A stretch of DNA of 64,000 nt, from assembly GCF_945915485.1 (NCBI RefSeq), contig NZ_CAMEFJ010000006.1, positions 918 to 64,917 of the forward strand, in the 5' to 3' direction. The stretch comes from an uncultured Agrococcus sp. (GTDB taxonomy: Bacteria; Actinomycetota; Actinomycetes; Actinomycetales; Microbacteriaceae). A program made the position numbers and the translations under genes. The stretch's first letter is position 1. Each line of letters begins with the position of its first letter. Below are positions 28,165-37,949 of this stretch, in pieces. The notes beneath the pieces are model-generated. The model searched no databases, was not told where the DNA came from, and was given only the letters and a program-made list of their open reading frames with translations.

Positions 28165-29283
28165 TTAAATGCTGGGCGAGGAGGGTGACTCGACGACGAG
28201 GGAGCCGTCGATGATCGCGTCGCGCAGCTCGTCGATGTCGGCATCGATCGTGTCGGGCAGGTCGCTCGCGAAGTCGTAGAAGTCAGCGATACCGACCCCG
28301 TCGTTCTCGAGCGTGCCGACGAACGGCTCGTTGTTGAACTCGCCGTTCACGGCCTCCGTGATCGTGTCCTCAACCGAGACGGCGAGGCCCTTCAGCACCG
28401 AAGTGAGGAAGATGTCGGCGTACTCGGGAGCCGACTCGGTCAGGTCGGTGTCGACACCGATCATCGCGAGGTGCGGGTTGTCGCCCTGAGCGTCCAGTAC
28501 CGCTTCGGCAGCGGGCTGGAAGATGGGGCCACCGACGGGCATGAGCACGTCAGCACCCTGCGAGATGAACTGCTCGGCCATCGAGCGCGCCTCCGGGTTG
28601 GCTTCGAAGCCGCCCGTGAACGAACCGTCCTGAGCCTCGACATCCCAGCCGAGCACCTCGACCTCGGCGCCGTTCTCTTCGTTAAAGTACTCGACACCCT
28701 CCGCGAAGCCGTCCATGAAGATGGTGACGGTCGGGATGTTCATCCCGCCCCAGGTCGCGACCCGGTCGCTCTCGGTGTAAGCGGCGGCAGCGTATCCTGC
28801 GAGGAATGCGGCCTGAGCGGTGTCGTAGATGAGCGGCTTGACGTTGTCGGCCACGATCTGGTCGTCATCGATGATCGCGAAGTTGACGTCTTCGTAGTTC
28901 GCCGCCATCGTTTCGGTCGCCGGCTGCAGGAGGAAGCCGACCGAGAAGATCAGCGTGCAACCCTGGTTGACGAGGCTCTCGATGTTCGACTCGTAAACCG
29001 TGTCGTTCTCAGACTCAACCGTGCGCGGGTCGAGGCCGTGAGCCTCCGAACCGGCGACGAGACCGTCGTGGCTCAGCTCGTTGAACGACTGGTCGTCGAA
29101 TCCACCGGCGTCGGAGACCATGCAGGGAACCTGGTCACTGCCATTGTCTCCTCCGTCCGCGCCTGTGTCGCCGTCGTCTTCTGGCGCTGTGCCGCAGGCC
29201 GCCAATAGACCCGCGATAGCGATCACCGACGCGCCACCGAGCAGGTTGCGACGAGCGGTGCTCTTCTTGGAAAGCGTGCTCAA
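28165..29283 (-). CDS. BMP family (PnrA-like) nucleoside-binding lipoprotein
   Basis: Lipobox LAAC, DAGGFDDQSFNE, IGVDTD, TSVLK; start set at TTG 29283 behind GGAGG (ATG 29301 alternative). Confidence 0.92.
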   Translation of the reverse strand: MSTLSKKSTARRNLLGGASVIAIAGLLAACGTAPEDDGDTGADGGDNGSDQVPCMVSDAGGFDDQSFNELSHDGLVAGSEAHGLDPRTVESENDTVYESNIESLVNQGCTLIFSVGFLLQPATETMAANYEDVNFAIIDDDQIVADNVKPLIYDTAQAAFLAGYAAAAYTESDRVATWGGMNIPTVTIFMDGFAEGVEYFNEENGAEVEVLGWDVEAQDGSFTGGFEANPEARSMAEQFISQGADVLMPVGGPIFQPAAEAVLDAQGDNPHLAMIGVDTDLTESAPEYADIFLTSVLKGLAVSVEDTITEAVNGEFNNEPFVGTLENDGVGIADFYDFASDLPDTIDADIDELRDAIIDGSLVVESPSSPSI

Positions 29284-29426
29284 GGGAATCCTCCGTGTCA
29301 TGGAACATGCCCCTACCGCAGGGCGCGGCAGGAATTAGATATAAAACGAAATGTTACGCGAAACACCGCATCGTGAGGCGTCGAAGCGGTAGATCGAAAC
29401 CGAATCGTTGTCGAGCGCCTTGTGCA

Positions 29427-30189
29427 ATGACCCATTTTGGGTTGACCGGCAGGGACGGCAAGCAGGGAGGGAGGCGCGGGAAGTCTGCGGCTTTCGGTCT
29501 GCCCAGCTCGGGGCTTCTGGCTTTGGGCTTTGAGCCGGTGGTCTGGCCACGAAATGCGGCGCTATTCGCGATCCGTCACGAAACACGGCACTATTTTCCG
29601 CTTCTTGAGCGAAGTGCCGTTCTTCGTGCACGCGGTGATAACAGGGATGACCGATTCCGGCTTGACCGGCAGGGACGGCAAGCTGGGAGAATGCAGCGGG
29701 AAGTCTGCGGCCTCCCGTCTGCGCAGGTCGGGGCTTTGGGCCGGCGTCTCAGTCACGAAATGCGGCGTTATTCGAGATCTGTCACGAAATGCGGCGCTAT
29801 TTGCTGCTTTCCGAGCACAACGCCGTCTTTCGTGCAAGCACGTGTAGTGGGACCTGAAGTTCGCCCCTGGACGCCAGGGGCTGGGTCCCTGCTGTGTGCT
29901 GACTGAGTCAGCACACACGACCGCCGGGATATGACTTCGGAGCCTTGCCGCTGGAGTGTGCGTCCGTTGCTGTAGGGACCATAGCGAGCACATTCCGGCT
30001 TAGCGGGCAGGGACAGCATGCGGGAAGGGCGAAGCGAGAAGCCTGCGGCTTTCGGTCTGCCCAGCTCGGGGCTTCTGGCTTTGGGCTTTGAGCCGGTGGT
30101 CTGGCCACGAAACGCGGCGCTATTCGCGATCTGTCACGAAACGCGGCGCTATTTGCCGCTTCTCGAGCCAAGTGCCGTGTTTCGTGCAC
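29427..30189. repeat. Three degenerate ~200-bp composite repeats with internal 29-bp-period units (REP/BIME-like cluster)
   Basis: CACGAAA-YRCGGCRYTATT units at 29548/29577, 29754/29783, 30106/30135, each pair followed by an inverted ..GCCG..TTCGTGCA; 70 nt identical between 29485-29554 and 30043-30112. Confidence 0.8.
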
Positions 30190-30208
30190 TTCCGGCACGT
30201 TGCGTCGA

Positions 30209-31171
30209 TCACGCCTTCGGGTTTCCGATGCGCTCGAGGGCGTCGACGATGACATCCCAGAAGCGTTCACGGTCGAGCTCGAGCGCCGCCGACGTTCGGC
30301 AGTCCGCCGGTGCTTCTGTACGGAGATCGGCGACCGTCATGCCGAGCGTGTGGGTACCCGTGGTCTCGACGACGATCGGCATCCGCGTCGCACGCACGAT
30401 CGTGGGGTCGATGACGTGAGCGACTGCGCAGGGGTCGTGCACTGGCGGATGAGCGAACCCCTGCACCTCCCTATACGTGTGCCCGAAAAACTCCAGCAGC
30501 TCACCCACGAACCGCGCGGGCACCGTGCCGACATCGTCGACTCGCTGCACGACATCCTCCGTTGCAAGCGCCTGATGCGTCAGGTCGAGCCCGACCATCG
30601 TGACGTCCCACCCCGCCGAGAAGACGATGTCGGCGGCCTCCGGGTCGATGACGATGTTGAACTCGGCCATGGGGCTCCAATTGCCGACGCGCACACCGCC
30701 GCCCATGAGCACAACCCGTTTAACGCGCTCCACGATCGCGGGGGCTTTCCGCACGGCGAGTGCGATGTTCGTGAGACCCCCGGTGGGCACGAGCGTCACG
30801 GTTCCCGGGTCGTGCGCCATGATCGTGTCGATGATCACATCGACCGCGTGCCTGGGGTCGAGGTCGATCACGGGCTCCGGCAGTTCGGGGCCGTCCATGC
30901 CGCTCTCGCCGTGAATGGATGGCGCGATCTCGACCTCGCGCAGCAGCGGCCGATCCGCTCCCGCGGCAAAGGGCACGTCGGTGATGCCGGCGACACTCGC
31001 AACGGCGAGCGCGTTGCGCGTGACCTTCTCGAGCGTCTGGTTGCCCACGACGGTCGTGACGGCGAGCAGATCGATCACGGGGCTGCCGTGCGCGAGCAGA
31101 ATCGCGATGGCATCGTCGTGGCCGGGGTCGCAATCGAGAATGATCTTCTCGCGCGTGCTGTTGTGTTGCAT
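30209..31171 (-). CDS. Inosine/uridine-preferring nucleoside hydrolase
   Basis: DCDPGHDDAIA, IHGESG, AEFNI..DPEAA, VHDP. Confidence 0.95.
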   Translation of the reverse strand: MQHNSTREKIILDCDPGHDDAIAILLAHGSPVIDLLAVTTVVGNQTLEKVTRNALAVASVAGITDVPFAAGADRPLLREVEIAPSIHGESGMDGPELPEPVIDLDPRHAVDVIIDTIMAHDPGTVTLVPTGGLTNIALAVRKAPAIVERVKRVVLMGGGVRVGNWSPMAEFNIVIDPEAADIVFSAGWDVTMVGLDLTHQALATEDVVQRVDDVGTVPARFVGELLEFFGHTYREVQGFAHPPVHDPCAVAHVIDPTIVRATRMPIVVETTGTHTLGMTVADLRTEAPADCRTSAALELDRERFWDVIVDALERIGNPKA

Positions 31172-31178
31172 GCGATTC

Positions 31179-32303
31179 CTAGAGCACGCCGGAGTGACCG
31201 CTGCGCCGGATGGCGTCCACGACCTGCTTGACGCGCTGCGCCTGCTCCGTCGTGGTCACAAGGAGGGCGTCGGGGGTGTCGACGACAACGATGTCCTTCA
31301 CGCCGACGAGCGAGATGATGCGCTTCGACTGCGATACGACGACTCCGGACGCGGAATCCGCCAGCACCGTACCGCCGTCGCCGAGGATCGCGAGACGATC
31401 GCGGCGTCCGTGATTGTGGAGTTTGGCTACGGAGGAGAAGTCGCCGACGTCGTCCCAGTCGAAGTCACCGGGCACGACGAGCAGCTTCCCTCTGGCCGCG
31501 GCGGGTTCGGCGACGGAGTAGTCGATCGCGATCTTCTTCAGCTGCGGCCAGATCCGATCGACGGCAGGGCCCCGCTTCTCCGGTTCATCCCAGACGGCGG
31601 CAAGCTCTTCTATCTGTTCGGCGAGCTCCGGCTCGGAGTGCGCGAGCTCCTCCAGCAGCACGTCGGCGCGCGAGATGAACATCCCGGCGTTCCAGAGGTA
31701 GTCGCCGGATTCGACGTACTCCTTCGCGACATCGATCGTCGGCTTCTCGACGAAACTGTCGACCCGCCGAGCAGAAGGGGCGCCCTCGATGTCGGCGAGC
31801 CCGTCGGCCTTGATGTAGCCGAAGCCGATGGCCGGCTCGGTTGGGGTGATGCCCAGCGTGACGATGAAGCCGTCGCGAGCGGCGGCAACCGCCTCGGAAA
31901 CGCAGCGGCGGAATCCGCGCCAGTCGTCGATGACGTGGTCGGCCGCGAAGGAACCAACGATGACATCCGGCTCGCGGCGACGGAGAATCGCGGCCGCGAG
32001 CGCGATGGCGACCGTCGAGTCGCGAGGGTCGGCTTCGAGCACGATGTTGTGATCGGCGAGTTCGTCGATCTGCTCTTCCACCGCCGAACGATGCGCGCGT
32101 CCGGTCACGATCATGATGCGCTGGCGGCCGGCGAGTGGTTCGAGCCGCTCGACCGTCGCCTGCAGCAGCGTGTTACCGCTGCCGGTGAGGTCGTGGAGGA
32201 ACTTCGGGGCCTCCGCTCGCGACATCGGCCAGAGCCGGGACCCGACTCCTCCCGCCGGGATGATCGCGTAGAAGTCGTCGAGCGGCTGTTGACGATTGAG
32301 CAT
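31179..32303 (-). CDS. manC: Mannose-1-phosphate guanylyltransferase
   Basis: PAGGVGSRLWPMSR..PK, FVEKP, WNAGMF, IDYSVAE, WDDVG; start set at ATG 32303. Confidence 0.93.
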   Translation of the reverse strand: MLNRQQPLDDFYAIIPAGGVGSRLWPMSRAEAPKFLHDLTGSGNTLLQATVERLEPLAGRQRIMIVTGRAHRSAVEEQIDELADHNIVLEADPRDSTVAIALAAAILRRREPDVIVGSFAADHVIDDWRGFRRCVSEAVAAARDGFIVTLGITPTEPAIGFGYIKADGLADIEGAPSARRVDSFVEKPTIDVAKEYVESGDYLWNAGMFISRADVLLEELAHSEPELAEQIEELAAVWDEPEKRGPAVDRIWPQLKKIAIDYSVAEPAAARGKLLVVPGDFDWDDVGDFSSVAKLHNHGRRDRLAILGDGGTVLADSASGVVVSQSKRIISLVGVKDIVVVDTPDALLVTTTEQAQRVKQVVDAIRRSGHSGVL

Positions 32304-32413
32304 GGTTTCGAGCGTAGCCGTTCGGCCCTCGGCCGGACATTGCACAGCCGGTTCCGTGCGTATTCGCACTCGCAGGTGTAAGGGCTCCTTGGAGGGCTCT
32401 GTACGATTCGAAG

Positions 32414-33205
32414 ATGGTAGATCTAGCGGGTAGCTCTTGGGTCGTCACTGGTGCAGCCGGGAACATCGGGGCTGCGCTCCGGCTGGCGTTGCATGAGCGC
32501 GGCGTCAGGTTGATCTCGACAGATCTTCGATACGCGCAACCCGTTGGCTCGAATGATGAAGTCATCATCGCCGACATCGCCAACCTTGAACCCCTTGTTG
32601 GGCTGTTCGATGGCGCGGATGGTGTCATCCATCTGGGTGGACTGTCGGATGAAGCCGATTTCCGGGACCTCGCAGAGGTCAACATCGTGGGCACCTATCA
32701 CGTGCTCGAAGCGGCTAGACGCGCTGCGGTGCCGCGAGTGATTTACGCCAGTAGCAACCGTTCGACGGGCATGTACCCGGTAACCGAAACTGTCACGACA
32801 GATATGCCGCCTCGCCCAGATGGCTTCTACGGAGTTTCGAAGGTCGCCGGTGAAGCGCTCTGTCAGCTATACACGGACAAGTTCGGTCTCTCCACAATCG
32901 CTATACGTATAGGCAGCTACGAGCAGCGTCCGAACTCCGCTCGTGAGCAACGCACTTGGCTGAGCCCTAGCGATGCGGTGCGCGCTTTCATTGCGGCTAT
33001 GACCACCGATCACGACAGTGCGGTCTTTTACGCTGTCTCCGCGAACGAAAACCTCTGGTGGGACCTCGGCTCGGGCGAAGCAATCGGTTACTACCCCGAA
33101 GACGACTCGGCATCTCTAGGGCCCACCGAGCCCATAGACGCTGACGCTCCACAGGGCGGCCCCTACGCATCGGCGAAGTACTCGCTCGAGCGAATGCGAG
33201 ACTAA
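32414..33205 (+). CDS. NAD-dependent epimerase/dehydratase family, uronate dehydrogenase-like
   Basis: VTGAAGNIG, VIHLGG, ASSN, RPDGFYGVSK, IRIGS, TWLS..D. Confidence 0.8.
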   Translation: MVDLAGSSWVVTGAAGNIGAALRLALHERGVRLISTDLRYAQPVGSNDEVIIADIANLEPLVGLFDGADGVIHLGGLSDEADFRDLAEVNIVGTYHVLEAARRAAVPRVIYASSNRSTGMYPVTETVTTDMPPRPDGFYGVSKVAGEALCQLYTDKFGLSTIAIRIGSYEQRPNSAREQRTWLSPSDAVRAFIAAMTTDHDSAVFYAVSANENLWWDLGSGEAIGYYPEDDSASLGPTEPIDADAPQGGPYASAKYSLERMRD

Positions 33206-33336
33206 CCGAGCACCTGTTGCGTCACCTCCACGAGTGGCAGACGGTCTCACGTTTGTATCGGGGGACGATCCGAGGATTCACCGCCAGTTCACCCCGATGG
33301 CACCGAACTGGAACACTGAATTCCTACGCTGGCGGC

Positions 33337-34497
33337 GTGGACATCGAGCGGGTAGCCATCGTGACCGAATCGTTTCTTCCGACTATCAACGGCGTGACCA
33401 CGAGCGTCTGCCGTGTTCTCGACCATCTGCACCGCACGGGGCGCGAGGCGATCGTCATAACGCCTCGCAGCGGCGCGCCGACGCAGTATCGCGGCACCCC
33501 CGTGTTCGAGGTGCCGTCCGTGGCGTACCGCCAGTTCCCCGTCGGGCTGCCGAGCCCGCAGGTAGCCGCGTTGCTCGAACGCTTCAAGCCGGATGTGCTG
33601 CATGCAGCGAGCCCGTTCATGCTCGGAGGGCAGGCGATCGGGGAGGCTTCGCGGATGGGCATCCCCTCCGTCGCCATCTACCAAACGGACGTCGCGGGCT
33701 ACGCGAAACGCAACCGTCTCGGAGCGGGCGCGAAGCTCGCCTGGCGCGTCATTCGGCAGATCCACAACGGCGCCGACAGAACGCTCGCACCGTCCTCGGC
33801 GTCGATATACGACCTGAAAGCGGCCGGTGTGAAGCGGGTAAAGCGCTGGGTGCGCGGCGTCGATCTCGAGAGCTTCCACCCCGACAACCGTCGCGGTGCA
33901 GCGGCGAGGGTCTTGCGCGAACGCATCGCTCCGAACGGCGAGACCGTCGTCGGCTACGTCGGACGCGTCGCTCCTGAGAAGGGCCTCCACCGCCTCGCCG
34001 CCCTGGAGGGCATCGACAACATCCGCATTGCCATCGTGGGCGACGGGCCGGGCATGCCGGACGTGCGCAGACAGCTCGGGCACCTGGACCCGGTCTTCCT
34101 CGGGGCTCTCAGCGGGCAGGCACTGTTCTCCGCCTACGGAGCCTTCGACGTGTTCTGCCACACGGGCGCTGAGGAGACCTTCGGCCAGACACTGCAGGAG
34201 GCCGCTGCATCCGGGCTCCCCGTCATCGCACCCAGGGCCGGTGGCCCGATCGACCTCGTGGAAGAGGGTGAGACGGGCATCCTGTTCGAACCGGACGACG
34301 CCGACGAACTGCAGGCCGCAGTGCAGTCACTCACCGAGGATGCCGCGACGCGAGCGCGGATGGGCGAAGCCGGGCGTCGGCGCGTGCTCGGCAGGTCATG
34401 GCCGGCGGTCTGCGACCAGCTGATACGCCACTACGAGAAGGCGGCGGCACGAGCGCTTCGCGGTACGGACGACGCGGAAGAGCTGCTGGGCGTCTGA
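33337..34497 (+). CDS. GT4 glycosyltransferase (MgtA/PimB-like mannosyltransferase)
   Basis: IVTESFLP.INGVT, YQTDV, YVGRVAPEK, ETFGQTLQEAAASGLPV; start set at GTG 33337. Confidence 0.9.
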   Translation: MDIERVAIVTESFLPTINGVTTSVCRVLDHLHRTGREAIVITPRSGAPTQYRGTPVFEVPSVAYRQFPVGLPSPQVAALLERFKPDVLHAASPFMLGGQAIGEASRMGIPSVAIYQTDVAGYAKRNRLGAGAKLAWRVIRQIHNGADRTLAPSSASIYDLKAAGVKRVKRWVRGVDLESFHPDNRRGAAARVLRERIAPNGETVVGYVGRVAPEKGLHRLAALEGIDNIRIAIVGDGPGMPDVRRQLGHLDPVFLGALSGQALFSAYGAFDVFCHTGAEETFGQTLQEAAASGLPVIAPRAGGPIDLVEEGETGILFEPDDADELQAAVQSLTEDAATRARMGEAGRRRVLGRSWPAVCDQLIRHYEKAAARALRGTDDAEELLGV

Positions 34498-37400
34498 TCC
34501 TGCACAAGGATCGCAGCGGGTTCGCCGAGCCGCAGCAACCGGTCACTGTCTGCGATAGCAACGGGGTCGTGCGTGACGCACACCACCAGTCGATCCTCTA
34601 ATCCCTTGCGTAAGTCCGCCATGAGTGTGCGCGACGTGGGCTCGTCGAGGTGTGCCGTCGGCTCATCGAGCAGCAGGATGGGCGCTCCCGTCAGCAGCGT
34701 CCTGGCGAGGCTGACCCGCCTCCTCTCGCCTCCCGAGAGCTGCGTGCCGCCCGCACCGACACGAGTGTCGAGCCCCTCTTCCAACCGCTCGTAGAATCCG
34801 CCTAGGCCGACCCGCTGCAGTGCGGCCACGAGCTCTGCGTCGTCGACGCCACCGTGCGGCAAACCCAGGGCGAGGTTCGCCCGGAGCGTGGAGTCGAACA
34901 GGTGCGCATCCTGCGGGCACCAGGCGACCGATCCGTGCAGTGCCCGGCCCTCCGCATCGACCACCTCGACCTGCCCGCGCGTTGGGGCCAAGTGGCCCAT
35001 GATGACCGCCAGCATCGTCGACTTTCCTGCTCCGGACGGGCCGGTGACGGTGAGCCACTCGCCCGACTCGACGCGGACATCCAAGCCGCTGAAGACGGGT
35101 TCGGACGCACCTGGCCACTGTGCGGTGACGTCGTCGAGCACGAGGCTGACGGGGCGGTTCGACGGCCGAAGAACAGACGCTTCCTGCTCGTCATCGACGG
35201 ATGCGCCCGCGTGGGCGAGCGTCGTGTCGATGCGTGCGAGTGCGTCGGCGAGACTCGGCCATCGCTGCGCAGCCGCGGCGCTGTCGAGCAGCGGCTCGAT
35301 GAGCGCGAGCAGCGCGAAGACCACGAGTGCGATGAGTTTCGCGTCGACGGCGCCCGCAGTCGCAGCATGCAACGCGAGAGCGGCGATCGCCACCGCGCCA
35401 CCGGCGCCGGCAAGAATCACGATGGCGGCTCCGAGCCCCTGCGCGAGTGCTGCGCGACGTTCGCGCCCCGCCGCATGCTGTTCCGCAGCATCGAGGGAGG
35501 CCAGCACGGGAGCCTGGGCACCGTGCACCGCCAGATCGTCCGCCGCATGCAGTAGCGCGCCGAATCGGTGCCCGATCCTCGCCCTGCCGGCAGCGGCTGC
35601 GGGAGTCGCGGCACGATCCGCGACGACGGCCGCGAGAGGAGCGGCGAGACCGGCTATCAGCGCGACAGACGCCAGAACGATGCCACCGAGCCCGAGCAGC
35701 ATCGGCCCGGTCACCGCGCTCTCTGCGGCCCGCAGGCTCATGAGCCCCACGACGACCACGACCAGTGTTGCGGCAGCGCCGATGATAGGGGGCGAGATCA
35801 CGCGCGGCAGCAGGTCGCGCACACGATCGACGTCGTCGACGAGCCGCTGCAGTGTCGTACCGGTGCGGCGCATCCGCGGGAATCGCAACCCGGCCCTCGA
35901 AAGCGCCCGCCAGAGCCGCGAGCGCAGCCCACCCGCGACGCGGAAGACCGCGTCGTGCATGCGCAATCGTTCGTAGTAGCGCAGGGTTGAGCGGGCAAGA
36001 CCGAAAAAGCGTACGCCGACGATTGCCGTCATGAGGAACAGAATCGGGGGCTGCTCTGCCGAACGGACGATCAACCATCCCGACAGCGCGGGTTGCGCGA
36101 GCGCGAACAAGACGGCGCCTATCCCGATGCCGACGGCGCCTGCCATCGGCAGTGTTGCTCCGGCAGCGGATGCCCGCAGCAGTCGCAGCGCTCGTGTCAG
36201 CGGCAGCCGCCCCGGCTGCTCCCCTGGGTCCTGCTCCCCTGGGTCCTGCTCCGGCTCGGTCGAAGTCGCTCGGGCGGTGCCGGGAACCTCATCGCCGTAG
36301 TCCCGGAATTCGGCATGCTCCTTCGTCGCGACCGCATCGCTGCCCGTCACCGCAGCCGAACGCGGTTCATTGTCTCCTCCGACTTCGACGTGCGTCTCGC
36401 ACAGCGCCGCCATTCGTGCGTCGTGCGAGGCGATCACGGTGGCTACGCGTGCTATTCGAGCTTCGACCGCCGCACACACCAGCTCAGCAGCGCGATCGTC
36501 GAGGTGCGCGGTGGGTTCGTCGAGCAGCAGCAGCGTTGCGCCCGTGTCGACTCTCGCGAGCGCTCGTGCGAGCGCAACCCGTCGCAGTTCGCCGGGGCTC
36601 ATCGTCTCGCAGGCGGCATCCGGGCGGATACCGACCTCCCACAGCGCACGCTGCGCAGCATCCTCGTCCCGGACGTGCAGCACAACCTCCTCCACCGCTG
36701 TCGCCTCGAACGTTTCCGGATGCTGCGGCAACCAGGCAAACCGCGTCGGATCCACACCATCGATGCGGCCGCCCGCAGATTGCCCGTCCTCCCCCGCGAC
36801 ACCGATTCTGCCGGCGAGGGCGCGGAGAATGCTCGACTTCCCCGCGCCGCTGGCTCCCGAGAGCAGAGTCGCCGTGCCGGGAGCCGTCTCGAACGTGACG
36901 GGGCCGACCGCTCGACCGCCGGAGTAGCGAACCGATACGTCGTGGGCGCAAACGCGATGGGTTGCGCTCGCCGGCTGTCTGGACCAGATCGGCCTGGGCA
37001 CGGGGGCGTCACTGACTTCACGCACCCGGTCGAGCGCGGCGACGCCGTCTTCCGCAGCGTGGTAGGCGGCTCCGGCCTCCCGGATGGGCGTGAAACAGTC
37101 GGGAGCCAGCACCAGCACGAGCAGCCCGAGCTGCAGATCCATGCCGCCGTAGACGAGGCGGATGCCGACGACAACGGCGACGATCGCGACCGAGATCGTC
37201 GCGATCAGTTCGAGCGCGAACGACGACACGAATACCGTGCGCAACGTTCGCATCGTGCGTCGTCGATACTCCTCCGACAGCGTGTCGAGGGTTCTGGCAG
37301 GTTCGCGCACTCTGCCGACACCGATCAGCGCCGGCAGGCCCCGCGCGAGTTCGACCAGGTGGTGCGAGAGCCGTAAGATCGCGTCGGTCGCCTCCTCGAC

Positions 37401-37949
37401 TCGATCTCGCGTCTGCTTGCCGATCAGGATCATGAAGAACGGCACGAGCGGAATGACGAGCACGATGATGACAGCGCTGATCCAGTCGGCGAACAGAATT
37501 CTCGCACCGATCACGAGCGGAACGACGAGCCCGTTCGCCATCGCCGGCAGGTAGGTCACGAAGTACGCTTCCAGGTCGTCGAGTCCGCGCGTGCCGAGCG
37601 TCGTCATGGGCCCCACGTCGCGATCCGATCGCCGCAGAACACGCTGCGCGAGCTCGCGCCGCAACGCGGCCCTCGTCTCGATATCGGCGCGCTGGGCGAC
37701 CGCACGAGCAGCCCACGCGGTGAGCGCCCGCAACGTCACGCCTGCGATACCGACCCAGAGTGCGCCTTGCCACTCCTCCTGCGTCCGCTGCTCGAACAGT
37801 GCGGCGAGCATCCGCGCTATCGCCTCCGCGATCAGGATGAGCGAGACGGCCTTGGCAGCTGCCAGCCCGAGCAGTACCGCGAGCGCGCGACGACCCGGCC
37901 TGCCCAGCAGCGCTGCAGGCGATGCGGAGACGCGGGCTCTCGCGGTCAC
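34431..37949 (-). CDS. cydDC: Fused CydD-CydC ABC transporter
   Basis: Two TMD-NBD halves in one frame (GASGAGKSS and GPSGAGKST); CydD-like PDCFTPIREAGAAYHAAEDG and CydC-like GVRFFGLARSTLRYYERL; GTG start overlaps cydB stop. Confidence 0.88.
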   Translation of the reverse strand: MTARARVSASPAALLGRPGRRALAVLLGLAAAKAVSLILIAEAIARMLAALFEQRTQEEWQGALWVGIAGVTLRALTAWAARAVAQRADIETRAALRRELAQRVLRRSDRDVGPMTTLGTRGLDDLEAYFVTYLPAMANGLVVPLVIGARILFADWISAVIIVLVIPLVPFFMILIGKQTRDRVEEATDAILRLSHHLVELARGLPALIGVGRVREPARTLDTLSEEYRRRTMRTLRTVFVSSFALELIATISVAIVAVVVGIRLVYGGMDLQLGLLVLVLAPDCFTPIREAGAAYHAAEDGVAALDRVREVSDAPVPRPIWSRQPASATHRVCAHDVSVRYSGGRAVGPVTFETAPGTATLLSGASGAGKSSILRALAGRIGVAGEDGQSAGGRIDGVDPTRFAWLPQHPETFEATAVEEVVLHVRDEDAAQRALWEVGIRPDAACETMSPGELRRVALARALARVDTGATLLLLDEPTAHLDDRAAELVCAAVEARIARVATVIASHDARMAALCETHVEVGGDNEPRSAAVTGSDAVATKEHAEFRDYGDEVPGTARATSTEPEQDPGEQDPGEQPGRLPLTRALRLLRASAAGATLPMAGAVGIGIGAVLFALAQPALSGWLIVRSAEQPPILFLMTAIVGVRFFGLARSTLRYYERLRMHDAVFRVAGGLRSRLWRALSRAGLRFPRMRRTGTTLQRLVDDVDRVRDLLPRVISPPIIGAAATLVVVVVGLMSLRAAESAVTGPMLLGLGGIVLASVALIAGLAAPLAAVVADRAATPAAAAGRARIGHRFGALLHAADDLAVHGAQAPVLASLDAAEQHAAGRERRAALAQGLGAAIVILAGAGGAVAIAALALHAATAGAVDAKLIALVVFALLALIEPLLDSAAAAQRWPSLADALARIDTTLAHAGASVDDEQEASVLRPSNRPVSLVLDDVTAQWPGASEPVFSGLDVRVESGEWLTVTGPSGAGKSTMLAVIMGHLAPTRGQVEVVDAEGRALHGSVAWCPQDAHLFDSTLRANLALGLPHGGVDDAELVAALQRVGLGGFYERLEEGLDTRVGAGGTQLSGGERRRVSLARTLLTGAPILLLDEPTAHLDEPTSRTLMADLRKGLEDRLVVCVTHDPVAIADSDRLLRLGEPAAILVQDQTPSSSSASSVPRSARAAAFS

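Noticed and set aside
29548-30188. CRISPR array interpretation of the CACGAAA repeats
   Set aside because: Repeats are degenerate, intervening sequences are themselves repeated, spacing is irregular and no cas genes are present
29295-30419. Short ORFs within the repeat cluster
   Set aside because: Translations merely reflect the DNA repeats in several frames, with no clear SD or protein-like composition
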